Source: an uncultured Desulfarculus sp.
GTDB taxonomy: Bacteria; Desulfobacterota; Desulfarculia; Desulfarculales; Desulfarculaceae
Reading direction: 5' to 3'
DNA: 64,000 nucleotides
Assembly (NCBI GenBank): GCA_963665125.2
Contig: CAXXUK010000001.1
Coordinates: forward strand, 3,296,001 to 3,360,000
Below are positions 1-10,944 of the stretch, in pieces (the stretch's first letter is position 1; each line of letters opens with the position of its first letter). Under the pieces are notes generated by a model. It was not told where the DNA came from and made no database searches. It was given only the letters and a program-made list of their open reading frames with translations. Position numbers and translations under genes: made by a program.

Positions 1-3000
1 GCCACGTTTTGTCGTCCTAATGATCCCGCTGTGGAACAGGTCCTAAAAAGAGCGGCTAAAGCCCTCACTTCAGCGAGTAGCGGCGGGATATTAAACGGTT
101 ACCAAAGCCAAGACCGCAAACAAGTATGGCGCCAAGTCTCCGCGATATATTCTGCCATGTGCTCTCTCGGATTAGATTACGTTTCGCCTCCTGCCAGTTT
201 CGAGCAGGAAGGTCAGCGTATCCGGTCGCCTCATCGAATTGTGGAAAGAGGCCTGGGTACCTGCCTGGATCTGGCACTCTTCATGACTGCCTGCCTTGAG
301 CAATGCGGGCTTAACCCGCTGTTGATTCTCATCAAAGGACATGCCTTCGTTGGCTGTTGGCTGGTGGAAACGGATTTTTCTTCCACGGTCATCGACGACT
401 GTCAAAGTGTTCGTAAACGACAACAACTGGGAGAGATGGTGCTGCTGGAGGCCACAGCCGTCACTCACAGGCCGTGCCCGTCTTTCTCAACTGCGTCCGA
501 GCAGGGAAATAGGCACCTGGAAGAAGATGAGAAATTTGAGTGTGCGCTGGACATCAGCCGGGCACGCATGAACCACATCCGTCCGCTCATGGACCAAGAA
601 AATGTGTTACAGGAAGAGCCTCAACTCGAGGCTATGGAAAACAGCCTGCCCGTTGTAGAGGACGCACCGGATTTGCCGGACATCGATTACGTGCCTGAGG
701 GCAAGGAGCATAAGCCGGACACACCCGACAGTCGTGTGGAACAGTGGAAGCGAAAACTACTGGATCTTACCCTACGCAACCGCCTGCTCAACTTTAAGCC
801 CACTAAAAAATCCGTGCCTATTTTTTGCCCGGACCCGGCAAGGCTGGAGGACCTGCTCGCAGACGGGGCCAAGCTCAAATTCACTCCTTTACCTGAGATT
901 ATGGAAGGCGGAGATCCTCGAAAAAAAGAGCTACATCAGGCCCGCCATGGTACTGACCCCAAAAAACAGTTTGCTCTGATGGCTCTTGAAAGAAAAGAGT
1001 TACTGGCGGACCTCTCCAGCCGAGATATGGACGACCGATTGGTTGGCCTGTACCGCTTGGCTCGCCGAGAGATGGAGGAAGGCGGGGCCAATACCTTGTT
1101 TTTGGCTTTGGGTTTTTTAAATTGGACCCAAGACGGCAACTCAACGCGGGTGTTAAAAGCTCCTCTAATTCTGTTGCCCTTGCAGTTGGAACGCAGCAGC
1201 GTGAGAGCCGGGTTCAAGCTTCTGTTGCATGACGACGACCCCTGCCTTAATCCCACTCTGCTGGAGATGCTGCGCAAGGATTTTCAGCTCAGTATGCCTA
1301 CCCTTGAAGGAGAGCTGCCCTTAGATGAATCCGGGCTTGATGTTCATTTAATCTGGCAAACTGTACGCAGGTACATCCGGGACATGAAAGGCTGGGAGGT
1401 AACAGAAGAAGTCTACCTAGGCACCTTTTCCTTTACTAAGTACCTTATGTGGAAAGACCTTCAGGACCGCATCAGTCAGCTAAAGCAAAACGCGGTGGTC
1501 CGTCATTTGATCGAAAGCCCGCGAGAATACTATCCTGAAAACGGCGAATTCCCAGACTGCCGAAAGCTGGACGACGAATACCCACCGGAAAAAGTGTTCT
1601 GTCCCTTGTCAGCCGATTCGTCACAACTTGCTGCGGTGATGGCATCCGCTCAGGGCAAGGACTTCGTAGTAGTGGGTCCACCTGGCACAGGCAAATCCCA
1701 AACAATTACCAACATGATTGTGCAGTGCCTGGTCGAAGGCAAAAAGGTTCTGTTCGTATCAGAGAAGATGGCTGCATTGGATGTAGTCTACCGCAGGCTG
1801 CGTGACGTGGGCGTGGGTGCTTATTGCCTTGAGATGCACTCATCCAAAGCACGCAAGTTGGATGTTCTCCGGCAACTTGAAGCGGCTTGGAATTCCCGCG
1901 AGGCCTTTGATGACAGAATTTGGCAGGATAAAGCAGCCCAACTATCCCAGCTCAGGAAGCGACTTAACCTGTTGCCTAAGCGGCTGCACAAGCCATACCC
2001 CAATGGTTACACGCCCTACAAAGCGATGGGTGTGCTCATCGCCAACTTGCAGGAGCCCCATCTTGGGTTCACCTGGGGCAGTCCCAATACTCATGACCAG
2101 GACGCTATACGCCAACTTCGTGATGTTGTATCACGCCTCGGAATCAACGCCGCTGAAGTAGGTAGTCTTTCCAGACATCCTTTGCGGAGCATTTGGAAGG
2201 AAGAGTGGTCGCCTGTCTGGCAGGAAGACCTCTTGAGCTGCGCACGAGAGTTGCGCATTGCTGCTAAGGGGTTGAGCGAATCGCTGCAAAGTTTTCTGGG
2301 CTCTCTGGGGCTGGATGTCTCGATAAATAATGACGAACGGATTAAGGCCCTTTGCGCTTTGGCGGAATTGCTTCCCCAAGCTGCAGACAAGAATTGGTCC
2401 TTCGCTTTTTCGACACAGGCCAGGGAACTCGCGCAACAGCTTGAGCAAATCATCTTTTGCGGCCGAAAAATTGAACAGCTGCGTACTGAGTTGTCAGTGG
2501 AGTACGGGCCAGATTCCACCTCTTTGGATTTAGACACCCTACAGACCCAGTGGCAGGAGGCATCCAAGGCTTGGTGGCCCAAGTCATATTTTGGTCGCCG
2601 CGCAGTGGCAAAATGCCTGCGGGACCATACACCAGATAAAAAGCCGCCTGAACAAAGAGCAATACCAGCCGACCTGGATACTCTCCAAAAGATAAAAGCC
2701 GAGGAACTGGCCATAGAGAGTATGGCCGAGGCAGGAAAACTGCTAGGGCCAGACTGGCAGGGTCTTCAGACTAATTGGGCAGATATGGACGCGGCGGTAA
2801 AATTCGCTGGCGATGTTTTCCCATTATTAAGCCGTTTGTGTGGTTCAGATCTTGATCGGCGTGCGGCCGTTCGCAGTCAACTGGAGCGGCTCCTCGTCGA
2901 GGGCAAGGACCTTTTGTCCGAAGGCGGTTCCGTTCGCCGCCAGGGAGAGCGGCTTGCCCTAGCCTTCGATGAATTCAGCAACAAACTCGTGGACACCTGG

Positions 3001-5562
3001 CGCTGCGCCGCTGCAAGTGGTGAAGATGCTCTGGCCGATCCATCTTCCGAACAATGGCTGCAGTCCTTGGACGTTGCCATGGAAGGCTGGTTGGCCAATC
3101 CCACCAAGTTGCGGGCTTGGTGCGGCTGGCGCAAGGTGCGGCAGCAGGCAATTTCGCTGGGTCTGGAGCACTTGGTCATGGCCCTCGAGCGAGGCGAGAT
3201 CGAACCTGATCGCACGGAAAAAGTCTTTGAAGTGAGCTACTGCAACTGGTGGCTTGGCCAAGTTGTGGACGGCGATGATGTATTGAAGGCATTCCGCAGT
3301 GCTGAACATGAGCGCTACATTAGCAATTTCCAGGAATTGGATAAAAACATCCTCACCATCACATCCAAGTTTGCCAAGGCGCGCATCAGCGGGTCCATCC
3401 CAAGCCAGGGCGATTTCGCCAATAAAAGCAACACGGAATGGGGTGTGCTTAAGCGCGAAATGACCAAGAAACGTCGTCACATGCCACTGCGCAAACTGGT
3501 CGATAGCCTGCCCAACGCACTGACCAAGCTGACGCCTTGCCTGCTGATGAGTCCACTCTCTGTGGCTCAATACCTGAGCCCGGACACCGCTTTGTTCGAT
3601 GTGGTCATCTTTGACGAAGCCTCGCAGATTCCTGTTTGGGACGCCATCGGTGCCTTGGCCCGTGGGCGACAGGCCATCGTGGTTGGTGACCCTAAGCAGC
3701 TTCCACCCACCAGTTTTTTCAACCGTGGTGGTGAAGAGGAAGAACAGCATGAGGAGGAGGTCGAGGATCTAGAGAGCATTTTGGACGAGTGCCAGGGCGC
3801 AAACCTGCCCAATCTTTACTTGCGATGGCATTACCGCAGCCGCCATGAGAGCCTTATTGCTTTCTCAAATATGCAGTATTATCGGGGAGAATTAATCACT
3901 TTCCCTTCAGCGATCACCCAAGACAAGGCCGTTGATTATTTCAATGTGCCTGACGGCGTTTATGAGAGGGGCAAAGGCAGAGTCAATCGCGAAGAAGCAC
4001 GGGCGGTGGTTGATGCCGCGCTGGGATGGCTCAAGAATCCGGAGTTTGTTCGCGAAGGCTGGAGTCTGGGAGTGGTGACCTTTAATCAGCAGCAACAGAT
4101 GCTCATCGAAGACATGCTGGATTCGGCAAGACGTGAGGACCCGGAACTGGAGGGGCATTTCGCGGCTGATCGGATCGAGCCGGTTTTCGTGAAAAACTTG
4201 GAAAACGTGCAGGGCGACGAACGGGACATCATCCTATTTTCCATAACGTATGGTCCGGATGCCTCCGGCAGGCCAAATATGAACTTCGGCCCTCTTAACA
4301 AACAAGGAGGCGAACGACGCCTCAACGTTGCTATCACCAGGGCACGCCGAGCTCTACAGGTCTTCGGCACCCTCCAAGCAAGCCATATCGACCTGTCTAG
4401 GACCAAGGCCGAAGGGGTAAGAGACTTCAAGCATTTTCTCGAGTTTGCCGAACTGGGGCCTCGTGCCTTGGCACAAATGGCCGACCTTACTCATGGCGAC
4501 TATGAGTCACCATTTGAGCAGGAAGTGGCTGATGAACTGAAGAAACGTGGGTGGGAGGTTCATCCGCAAGTGGGTGTGTCCGGTTTTAGGATTGACCTAG
4601 GAGTGGTGCACCCCGATGCTCCGGGACGTTATCTGGTGGGCGTGGAGTGCGACGGGGCCACCTACCATCGCTCGGCTACAGCCAGAGATCGAGACCGGTT
4701 GCGCGAGTCGGTGTTGCGGGGCCTAGGGTGGAACATTGTTAGAGTTTGGTCTACCGACTGGTGGGTGGACCGTGCCAGCTCTGCCGAAAAATTAGAAAAG
4801 CAAATAAAAGCAATTTTTGAAATAGATAAACGTTGTCAGGACGAGAAGCCGTCGGAGCCTCAAGGCCAGCCCACGCCTAACGTTGCCGAATCAATAAAAC
4901 ATCAAGAGGCAACTTCACCCAACAAGTCACATAACAGCATTAGCGTTCCCCCAAGTCTGTCAGCAAACTTGCGGCCACAACCCTATGCCACGGCCGCAAC
5001 CCATTCACCCAAGGAACCGCCTTCGCTTGACGACCAGCGGAAGGTTTACCGCATAACAGATCTGTTGGGGGTTTCGTCGTCTAGAGGTGTTAACCGGAAA
5101 CTACAACCCGATGACTTTTACCAGGCTTCCCACAAGGCCATAATAAAAGGCATGCTGAATGAGGTCGTGACCAAGGAGGGGCCGATACCGTTCAAGGTAG
5201 TGACCGAGCGAGTGGCCCGCGCCTATGGCTTGAAACGGGTCGGCAACAAAATTGAAGAGCGGATTCGCAGGTTAGCACTTGGTGACTTCAAAAGGACCTC
5301 CGAAAAAGGTCACATATTTCTTTGGCCTCCCAATTGCGCTCCTGACAGTTGGACAGGGTTTCGGGTAAACCCGGACGGTCAGAAGCCTTTGCGCCCGGCT
5401 GAAATGATCTGCACCAGGGAAATTAGAAACCTGGCAACTTATGTGCAAGAAGTTGACTGCCCCTTGGATGAACAGGGCTTATTAAAAGGAATGGCTGACC
5501 GCCTCGGATACAAGGCCCTAACTCAAAAGCTTGAACAAACCCTGCGGGCAGCTCTGAAGTAG
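1..5562 (+). CDS. DUF4011 / SF1 helicase / Vsr-like nuclease / DUF3320 protein (Hhe-type antiphage), 5'-partial
   Basis: Frame is open from base 1. Motifs: WKRKLLDLTLRNRLLNFK (DUF4011), Walker A GPPGTGKSQT, FDEASQ, GDPKQLPP, QGDERD, and C-terminal ESPFE..IDLGV..VECDG nuclease motif. Confidence 0.85.
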   Translation, partial: ATFCRPNDPAVEQVLKRAAKALTSASSGGILNGYQSQDRKQVWRQVSAIYSAMCSLGLDYVSPPASFEQEGQRIRSPHRIVERGLGTCLDLALFMTACLEQCGLNPLLILIKGHAFVGCWLVETDFSSTVIDDCQSVRKRQQLGEMVLLEATAVTHRPCPSFSTASEQGNRHLEEDEKFECALDISRARMNHIRPLMDQENVLQEEPQLEAMENSLPVVEDAPDLPDIDYVPEGKEHKPDTPDSRVEQWKRKLLDLTLRNRLLNFKPTKKSVPIFCPDPARLEDLLADGAKLKFTPLPEIMEGGDPRKKELHQARHGTDPKKQFALMALERKELLADLSSRDMDDRLVGLYRLARREMEEGGANTLFLALGFLNWTQDGNSTRVLKAPLILLPLQLERSSVRAGFKLLLHDDDPCLNPTLLEMLRKDFQLSMPTLEGELPLDESGLDVHLIWQTVRRYIRDMKGWEVTEEVYLGTFSFTKYLMWKDLQDRISQLKQNAVVRHLIESPREYYPENGEFPDCRKLDDEYPPEKVFCPLSADSSQLAAVMASAQGKDFVVVGPPGTGKSQTITNMIVQCLVEGKKVLFVSEKMAALDVVYRRLRDVGVGAYCLEMHSSKARKLDVLRQLEAAWNSREAFDDRIWQDKAAQLSQLRKRLNLLPKRLHKPYPNGYTPYKAMGVLIANLQEPHLGFTWGSPNTHDQDAIRQLRDVVSRLGINAAEVGSLSRHPLRSIWKEEWSPVWQEDLLSCARELRIAAKGLSESLQSFLGSLGLDVSINNDERIKALCALAELLPQAADKNWSFAFSTQARELAQQLEQIIFCGRKIEQLRTELSVEYGPDSTSLDLDTLQTQWQEASKAWWPKSYFGRRAVAKCLRDHTPDKKPPEQRAIPADLDTLQKIKAEELAIESMAEAGKLLGPDWQGLQTNWADMDAAVKFAGDVFPLLSRLCGSDLDRRAAVRSQLERLLVEGKDLLSEGGSVRRQGERLALAFDEFSNKLVDTWRCAAASGEDALADPSSEQWLQSLDVAMEGWLANPTKLRAWCGWRKVRQQAISLGLEHLVMALERGEIEPDRTEKVFEVSYCNWWLGQVVDGDDVLKAFRSAEHERYISNFQELDKNILTITSKFAKARISGSIPSQGDFANKSNTEWGVLKREMTKKRRHMPLRKLVDSLPNALTKLTPCLLMSPLSVAQYLSPDTALFDVVIFDEASQIPVWDAIGALARGRQAIVVGDPKQLPPTSFFNRGGEEEEQHEEEVEDLESILDECQGANLPNLYLRWHYRSRHESLIAFSNMQYYRGELITFPSAITQDKAVDYFNVPDGVYERGKGRVNREEARAVVDAALGWLKNPEFVREGWSLGVVTFNQQQQMLIEDMLDSARREDPELEGHFAADRIEPVFVKNLENVQGDERDIILFSITYGPDASGRPNMNFGPLNKQGGERRLNVAITRARRALQVFGTLQASHIDLSRTKAEGVRDFKHFLEFAELGPRALAQMADLTHGDYESPFEQEVADELKKRGWEVHPQVGVSGFRIDLGVVHPDAPGRYLVGVECDGATYHRSATARDRDRLRESVLRGLGWNIVRVWSTDWWVDRASSAEKLEKQIKAIFEIDKRCQDEKPSEPQGQPTPNVAESIKHQEATSPNKSHNSISVPPSLSANLRPQPYATAATHSPKEPPSLDDQRKVYRITDLLGVSSSRGVNRKLQPDDFYQASHKAIIKGMLNEVVTKEGPIPFKVVTERVARAYGLKRVGNKIEERIRRLALGDFKRTSEKGHIFLWPPNCAPDSWTGFRVNPDGQKPLRPAEMICTREIRNLATYVQEVDCPLDEQGLLKGMADRLGYKALTQKLEQTLRAALK

Positions 5563-5750
5563 GCGTAAAACGTATAGTCAAATGTAAAGTTGACCTTAAT
5601 AGCGTTTACAAACTAACTTATGGATCACATCAGCTGGGGGAACATATCGAATTTTTTAAGACAGCTTTTCACCTGATCAAAAAAATAACTAATACATGCG
5701 TTGGATATGCTTTGCGTTTAGGGGGCTGAGATGGGGGGTGCGGGGGTGAG

Positions 5751-7316
5751 ATGGCGCTAAACCAGGTTGGGGCGAGGACCGAAGGCGACGTCTACCAAGG
5801 GCTGTTCTTTTGGCGCCAGGCTGCGGATCTTCTCAGGCCTGGTTCAATGGTAGCCAAGGTTGTCCTTGAACACGACGAGGCTTGTAGTGTTGATGATGTA
5901 GCCGTCTTCTATAGAGATCCTGGTGTTAATGCCGGTGGATGGATGGCAACAGCTGACTACTATCAGCTGAAGTACCACGTCGATAACCGCAATAGTTACA
6001 CTTCTGATGCCATAATTGACCCATCATTCATCAATGCCAACACATCGCTTTTACAAAGATTTCATGTTTCATACAACAAGCTAGTACAGGAGCAGGGCGG
6101 ATTCCGGCTGCATTTAGCTTCCAATTGGCGCTGGAAGGACGACGACAAGCTCGCGGCTCTAATACGCGAGTACGACGGAAAGCTGCCTAGCCAGTTTTTT
6201 GAGGCTGGACCTCGTGCGGGCCTAGGGAAGATTCGCGAGGAGTGGCAATCACACTTAGAACTCGATTCGGATGCTTTCGAGAGATTTGCACGGACGTTAC
6301 GTTTCCAGCTCGACCACTTTGGTCGTCGAGAATTCAAAGCCTACGTCTACGCTACGCTTGAGGCCGCAGGTCTTCGGATTCCAAGCGCCGATCATGCGGC
6401 TTGCCCCTACGAGAGCTTAATTCAGCAGTTCCTGATGAACGGCCCTAATTCGTTCACTCCTGAGACGTTCCGAGATCTATGTATGCGAGAGGGGCTACTT
6501 TTCGAGGCTGTGCCGAGTCGCCCCAAACCGATCTCCATAGGGGTAAGGAGCTATATACGTTTTGCCGAGAGGCTGGAATCACAGGTAGACGCAATCGTAT
6601 GTACGAGCAAGCAGTTCGAGGGGCGACACCCGATAGCAATTGAGTCGTGGCAAACTAGTTCATTACAAGTGTTAGATTTTTTCAGTGACCCAGACCGTCG
6701 TGCGCAACTACGCACTGAAGAATCCGAGATTATGCTTGAGTGTCACGGCTCTCTCGCACTGCTAACTGGCTGGGAACTAAGTCGAAACTCTGGCGCCCAG
6801 GCTGCTCCTATTCAAAAGCCGAACATGGAAGTATGGCGACCAACTGGAACCGCAACATCCTGTAGAAAATGGCAAGTAGAACGTTTCCCAAGAAAGGACG
6901 ATGTTGATGACGTGGCAGTATGTCTGTCGGTTACCCGCAATATTTATGCCGACGTAAATGAGTACCTCTCATCGAATGGAGCCCCGCCGGTTTGCCAAAT
7001 TGTTCAATTGACACCAGAAGGGGGGGCATCGGCGCAAAGTATCCATGGATCTGATCATGCCTATCAACTGGCATGCGACCTGCCCGACATACTTGCGAGC
7101 GTACGCCGAAACCGAAGTGTGCAAGCCCACATTTTTTTTGCCTGCCCGAATGCACTAATGTTTTTCATAGGCCAACAACGTGAAGCGCTCGGCAGGCTGG
7201 CGCTGTACGAGTTCGATTTCGGCATGGAGCGACACGGATCATATCAACATTCTTTTTCGCTTCCTATTACTGCCAGTCCTAATGACTCGGCAAATGAGGT
7301 GTGTAATGATTCTTGA
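5751..7316 (+). CDS. cap4: CBASS effector, Cap4-like endonuclease + SAVED domain
   Basis: N-terminal VDDV...YYQLKYH nuclease-like motif; C-terminal SAVED-like HIFFACPNALMFFIGQ; directly upstream of a CD-NTase. Confidence 0.8.
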   Translation: MALNQVGARTEGDVYQGLFFWRQAADLLRPGSMVAKVVLEHDEACSVDDVAVFYRDPGVNAGGWMATADYYQLKYHVDNRNSYTSDAIIDPSFINANTSLLQRFHVSYNKLVQEQGGFRLHLASNWRWKDDDKLAALIREYDGKLPSQFFEAGPRAGLGKIREEWQSHLELDSDAFERFARTLRFQLDHFGRREFKAYVYATLEAAGLRIPSADHAACPYESLIQQFLMNGPNSFTPETFRDLCMREGLLFEAVPSRPKPISIGVRSYIRFAERLESQVDAIVCTSKQFEGRHPIAIESWQTSSLQVLDFFSDPDRRAQLRTEESEIMLECHGSLALLTGWELSRNSGAQAAPIQKPNMEVWRPTGTATSCRKWQVERFPRKDDVDDVAVCLSVTRNIYADVNEYLSSNGAPPVCQIVQLTPEGGASAQSIHGSDHAYQLACDLPDILASVRRNRSVQAHIFFACPNALMFFIGQQREALGRLALYEFDFGMERHGSYQHSFSLPITASPNDSANEVCNDS

Positions 7317-8433
7317 TTCTGACTTCAAAACATTTCTATCGGAAATTCGTCCGACAAGTGCGATGAAAAACGAGCTAAGCAGCGGGCATAAGACCCTGCG
7401 TGACCGCCTTAATGCAGACGATGATCTTAAACCAATCTTGGTCAGCGATTTTCTACAAGGTAGCTACCGCCGTTATACTGCTGTTCGGCCCAAGGGCGAC
7501 AAACGATCGGATGTCGACATTATCGTCGTTACCAAGCTCGACGAAGGCCAATACACACCGAAGCAAGCAATGGACCTCTTCGTGCCGTTCTTAGAAACGC
7601 ACTGTAAAGGAAAGTGGCGCACACAAGGCCGATCCTTTGGTATTGAGATGAGCAAAGTTGATCTTGATGTGGTTGTGACGTCAGCTCCTTCAGAAACTGA
7701 ATATGGAATCTTGCAGTCCGAAGCCGTCACCTCTGATTACGATATCGTTGAGGCTCGAGACTGGCGTTTGCACAGATCCTGGCTTGCGCTGAATAACCGA
7801 GGGCAAGCCAATGCGATGCAGCTTCTCTCTGAAGCAGCTGGCGAGGCAGAGTGGCGAGCCAAACCCCTTCGGATACCAGACCGCGATGCAAACGAGTGGA
7901 ATGATACGCACCCACTTGAGCAAATTCGCAGGACTCGCGATAAAAACTCACAATGTAATGGACACTTTGTGAACGTTGTAAAATGCATTAAATGGTGGCG
8001 ACTTGAACATTATGCCGAACCTACCCATCCGAAAGGCTTCCCGCTTGAGCGGTTAATTGGGGAGCATTGCCCCGACGGCATTACGTCCGTGGCTGAGGGG
8101 GTGGTAAACACTCTCGAAGCGATCGTTGTTAGTTATGAGGTACTCTCGCTTATTGGTGGGAAGCCTGTCCTCCCTGACTATGGTGTGCCTGACCATGATG
8201 TTTTTCATCGTATAACAGTCGATGATTTCAGTAAATTTTATGATCAAGTCAAGGAGGGTGCTGACCTGTCTCGACGAGCTTTCGACTCTAACGACCGTAC
8301 CGAAAGCGGGAAACTTTGGCGCCAGATGTTTGGCTCTAAGTTCCCAGAGCCGCCGAGTAGTGGTTCATCTAACAAGGCTGGCTACACCTCTCCCGCTGGT
8401 CCTGCCGTGCCCGGCGCAGGCCGGTTTGCATAG
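7306..8433 (+). CDS. cGAS/DncV-like nucleotidyltransferase (CD-NTase)
   Basis: FLQGSY..TAVRP..SDVDI motif; C-terminal GRFA tail typical of Cap2-conjugated cyclases; ATG at 7306 after GAGGT, overlapping the effector stop. Confidence 0.9.
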   Translation: MILDSDFKTFLSEIRPTSAMKNELSSGHKTLRDRLNADDDLKPILVSDFLQGSYRRYTAVRPKGDKRSDVDIIVVTKLDEGQYTPKQAMDLFVPFLETHCKGKWRTQGRSFGIEMSKVDLDVVVTSAPSETEYGILQSEAVTSDYDIVEARDWRLHRSWLALNNRGQANAMQLLSEAAGEAEWRAKPLRIPDRDANEWNDTHPLEQIRRTRDKNSQCNGHFVNVVKCIKWWRLEHYAEPTHPKGFPLERLIGEHCPDGITSVAEGVVNTLEAIVVSYEVLSLIGGKPVLPDYGVPDHDVFHRITVDDFSKFYDQVKEGADLSRRAFDSNDRTESGKLWRQMFGSKFPEPPSSGSSNKAGYTSPAGPAVPGAGRFA

Positions 8434-10247
8434 TGGAGCATGAGGTACCAGAGGCCATTCGGGTTGCAGTCTGTCAGCTCTCTGGAATCAACCGTGTGAG
8501 TGTGGAGTCATCCCCTGAGTTCATAAGTGATGAATCTTCATGGGCCATTCAACTGCGGTTAACTTCGACAGTCACTTCCGATTTCGTGCCTAAGGAGACC
8601 CACTGGGTAGCACTTGTAGATGGTTTCTATCCAGCTGGTCGTATACGCATCTACCCCGCAAATAGTGGCGGCATTGTTCATACGTTTCCGCATCAAGACA
8701 GGAACACCAAGTCCCAGTTAAGCTACTGTACATGGCGCACTGGTAAGCCTTGCCTCGACAGCCCAACCCAACGCCTAGGACGTATAGCAGGAGGCCCGGA
8801 ACCCAAAGATGACATTGAACAACGGCTTCGATGGCATATTCTGCGCTGTCTCTCATGGCTAGAGATTGCCGCCGAGAACCAGTTGATGGTTGATGGAGAA
8901 CCGTTTGAAGTCCCGCAGTGCCCTGACGAACTTTGCGACAACCGCTTCACCGTGGTTCATGATGAGGGGAGTGATACTTGGCAAGATTGGAGTGAGCGCC
9001 TGGGGCACTATGGAGAGGTTCGCTTGAGAGAACTTCCCGCGTTCAAAAAAACAATGGTTGCGGATGAGTTCCTTGATGCCAACGGCGACAAAATTCGAAT
9101 TTGCCGCCGTCTTATTCGACAAAACGACAAAACCAGAGTCGGGTATTGGTGGCTGTGGCCAACTCCTATTGTCATTTCTCCATGGCATGCTCCGGGAACA
9201 TGGGATGAACTAAGGCAAGTAGGCACAAATATTGGAGTAGATGTAGATAGATTCATCCGATGGTTATCCGACCGTGTCGGTGGCAAAGAAAATGTAATTG
9301 TCCTTCTTGGCTATCCCATTCCTGAGGTATGGAACGGTTTGCAGGTTGAGGTACACTGGCAAGCCATTTTACCACCCTATGTCCCGTTGAAGTTCAAGCC
9401 GATGAGAGGGTTCCGTAAGAATCCTCTCGGCCTGAAAAAGCGCATTACGCAGGACTTTTTTAACGGAAGGGAAAAAATAAAATACCTCAAGACTGCTAAC
9501 TGGCATCCGGACAGACTCCAGGCGCGAGGGGGACTGTCGCCGGAATTAAAAAAGCAGTCAATTGCCGTGATCGGGGTAGGCGCTCTGGGTTCCGCTATAG
9601 CGGAGATCCTGGCACGTGGAGGGGTAGACGAGATCCTCATAATTGATGGAGACGTCCTTAAATCGGGCAACCTGGCACGTCATACACTCACCGGCGTTGA
9701 CCTTGGTAGCAAGAAAGCGGAGGCCCTAGAGGCTAGGTTACAAAGTATTGCGCCAATGTCACACTTCACCGCCCTGTCCGCCTTTTTGTCAAGTACCGAC
9801 GTCATTGAAGCGCCATTAGAATCTTTCAAAATAATCTTGGACTGTACTGGCGAAGATAGTGTTCTTCGCAACCTATATGACGCTTGGTGGCCGATTCCTA
9901 GGCACTTCTTATCTGCTTCGTTGGGGTATTCAGCAAACCGTCTTTTCCTATTCAGTAATCATGCGTGTTGCTTTCCCGTTGAAGAGTATGAAAATGCAAT
10001 GCGTCCATGGCTTTCTGTGGAGCGTCAAGAATGGTCTGAATCAGGGGAGAAACTCGAGGGTGCTGGTTGTTGGTCTCCAGTATTTCCGGCTCGGAATGAT
10101 GATGTTTGGCTAGCGGCAGTTGCGATTGTGAAATATCTAGAGCGTTGGGTAGTAAAGGAGGTTCGAGATGGTCTTCACGTGTTTAAGAAAAGCCTTGGTC
10201 AAGATATTGTAGGTTATCAACTCGTTGATCAGGAGGAGTCGTCGTGA
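8433..10247 (+). CDS. cap2: CBASS Cap2 (E2-like + ThiF/E1-like)
   Basis: N-terminal E2-like FPHQ...KPCLD; C-terminal VIGVGALGS, IDGD, NLARH, ILDCTG; operon position. Confidence 0.88.
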   Translation: MEHEVPEAIRVAVCQLSGINRVSVESSPEFISDESSWAIQLRLTSTVTSDFVPKETHWVALVDGFYPAGRIRIYPANSGGIVHTFPHQDRNTKSQLSYCTWRTGKPCLDSPTQRLGRIAGGPEPKDDIEQRLRWHILRCLSWLEIAAENQLMVDGEPFEVPQCPDELCDNRFTVVHDEGSDTWQDWSERLGHYGEVRLRELPAFKKTMVADEFLDANGDKIRICRRLIRQNDKTRVGYWWLWPTPIVISPWHAPGTWDELRQVGTNIGVDVDRFIRWLSDRVGGKENVIVLLGYPIPEVWNGLQVEVHWQAILPPYVPLKFKPMRGFRKNPLGLKKRITQDFFNGREKIKYLKTANWHPDRLQARGGLSPELKKQSIAVIGVGALGSAIAEILARGGVDEILIIDGDVLKSGNLARHTLTGVDLGSKKAEALEARLQSIAPMSHFTALSAFLSSTDVIEAPLESFKIILDCTGEDSVLRNLYDAWWPIPRHFLSASLGYSANRLFLFSNHACCFPVEEYENAMRPWLSVERQEWSESGEKLEGAGCWSPVFPARNDDVWLAAVAIVKYLERWVVKEVRDGLHVFKKSLGQDIVGYQLVDQEESS

Positions 10248-10296
10248 TCTTCAGCCTATTGCCCGAAAAAATCTTCTCCTACGACAATGGTGCTCA

Positions 10297-10809
10297 ATGA
10301 GTGTCAGTTATGACTGGATTACACCTTGTCAGAATTACGCCCTCCGTTTGACCGCTGAGTCCTGGCAGCAAATTAATTTAGAGTGTAACCGGGCTGGGGC
10401 AATTGAAACTGGCGGTATTCTGGTTGGTCACTACACTAATAATGCGTCGACGGCATTAGTAACAGAAGCTCTACCTCCGCCCAAGGATTCAACCAGTGAC
10501 AGAAACTGGTTTCACCGAGGTCTTGCTGGGTTGCGTGAGCTGCTGTCGAAACGATGGGAAAATCAAGTTCGTACGTACTATGTCGGAGAGTGGCATTATC
10601 ATCCGGCCAGCATAGTAGTGCCGAGCAGTGACGACTTGGCTCAGATGTATAGCATCAACTCCGATCCCAAATATAATTGTCGCGAACCTGTGATGCTGAT
10701 CATTGGTATGGCTCGGCATGGTGAGGAACGATCAGTCCGCGCCTTCGTTTTTCCGCAGGGCGAACCGTTTATTGAATTTTTGGAGAGTGCAGATACCTTA
10801 GTGCGGTAA
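10297..10809 (+). CDS. cap3: CBASS Cap3 JAB/MPN isopeptidase
   Basis: ETGGILVG and GEWHYHP...PSSDD JAMM motif; start codon approximate. Confidence 0.88.
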   Translation: MSVSYDWITPCQNYALRLTAESWQQINLECNRAGAIETGGILVGHYTNNASTALVTEALPPPKDSTSDRNWFHRGLAGLRELLSKRWENQVRTYYVGEWHYHPASIVVPSSDDLAQMYSINSDPKYNCREPVMLIIGMARHGEERSVRAFVFPQGEPFIEFLESADTLVR

Positions 10810-10944
10810 CCCTATTTTTAGTGTTTACCAGGCAAATTAAATTGTTACGGATGATTTAATACTAATCCAGGGATATGAATTAATGCTACTGGCATAGATA
10901 CCTCTGTCAATTCGGTTGAGCTAGTCGGCTATAGGGGTAGATGC

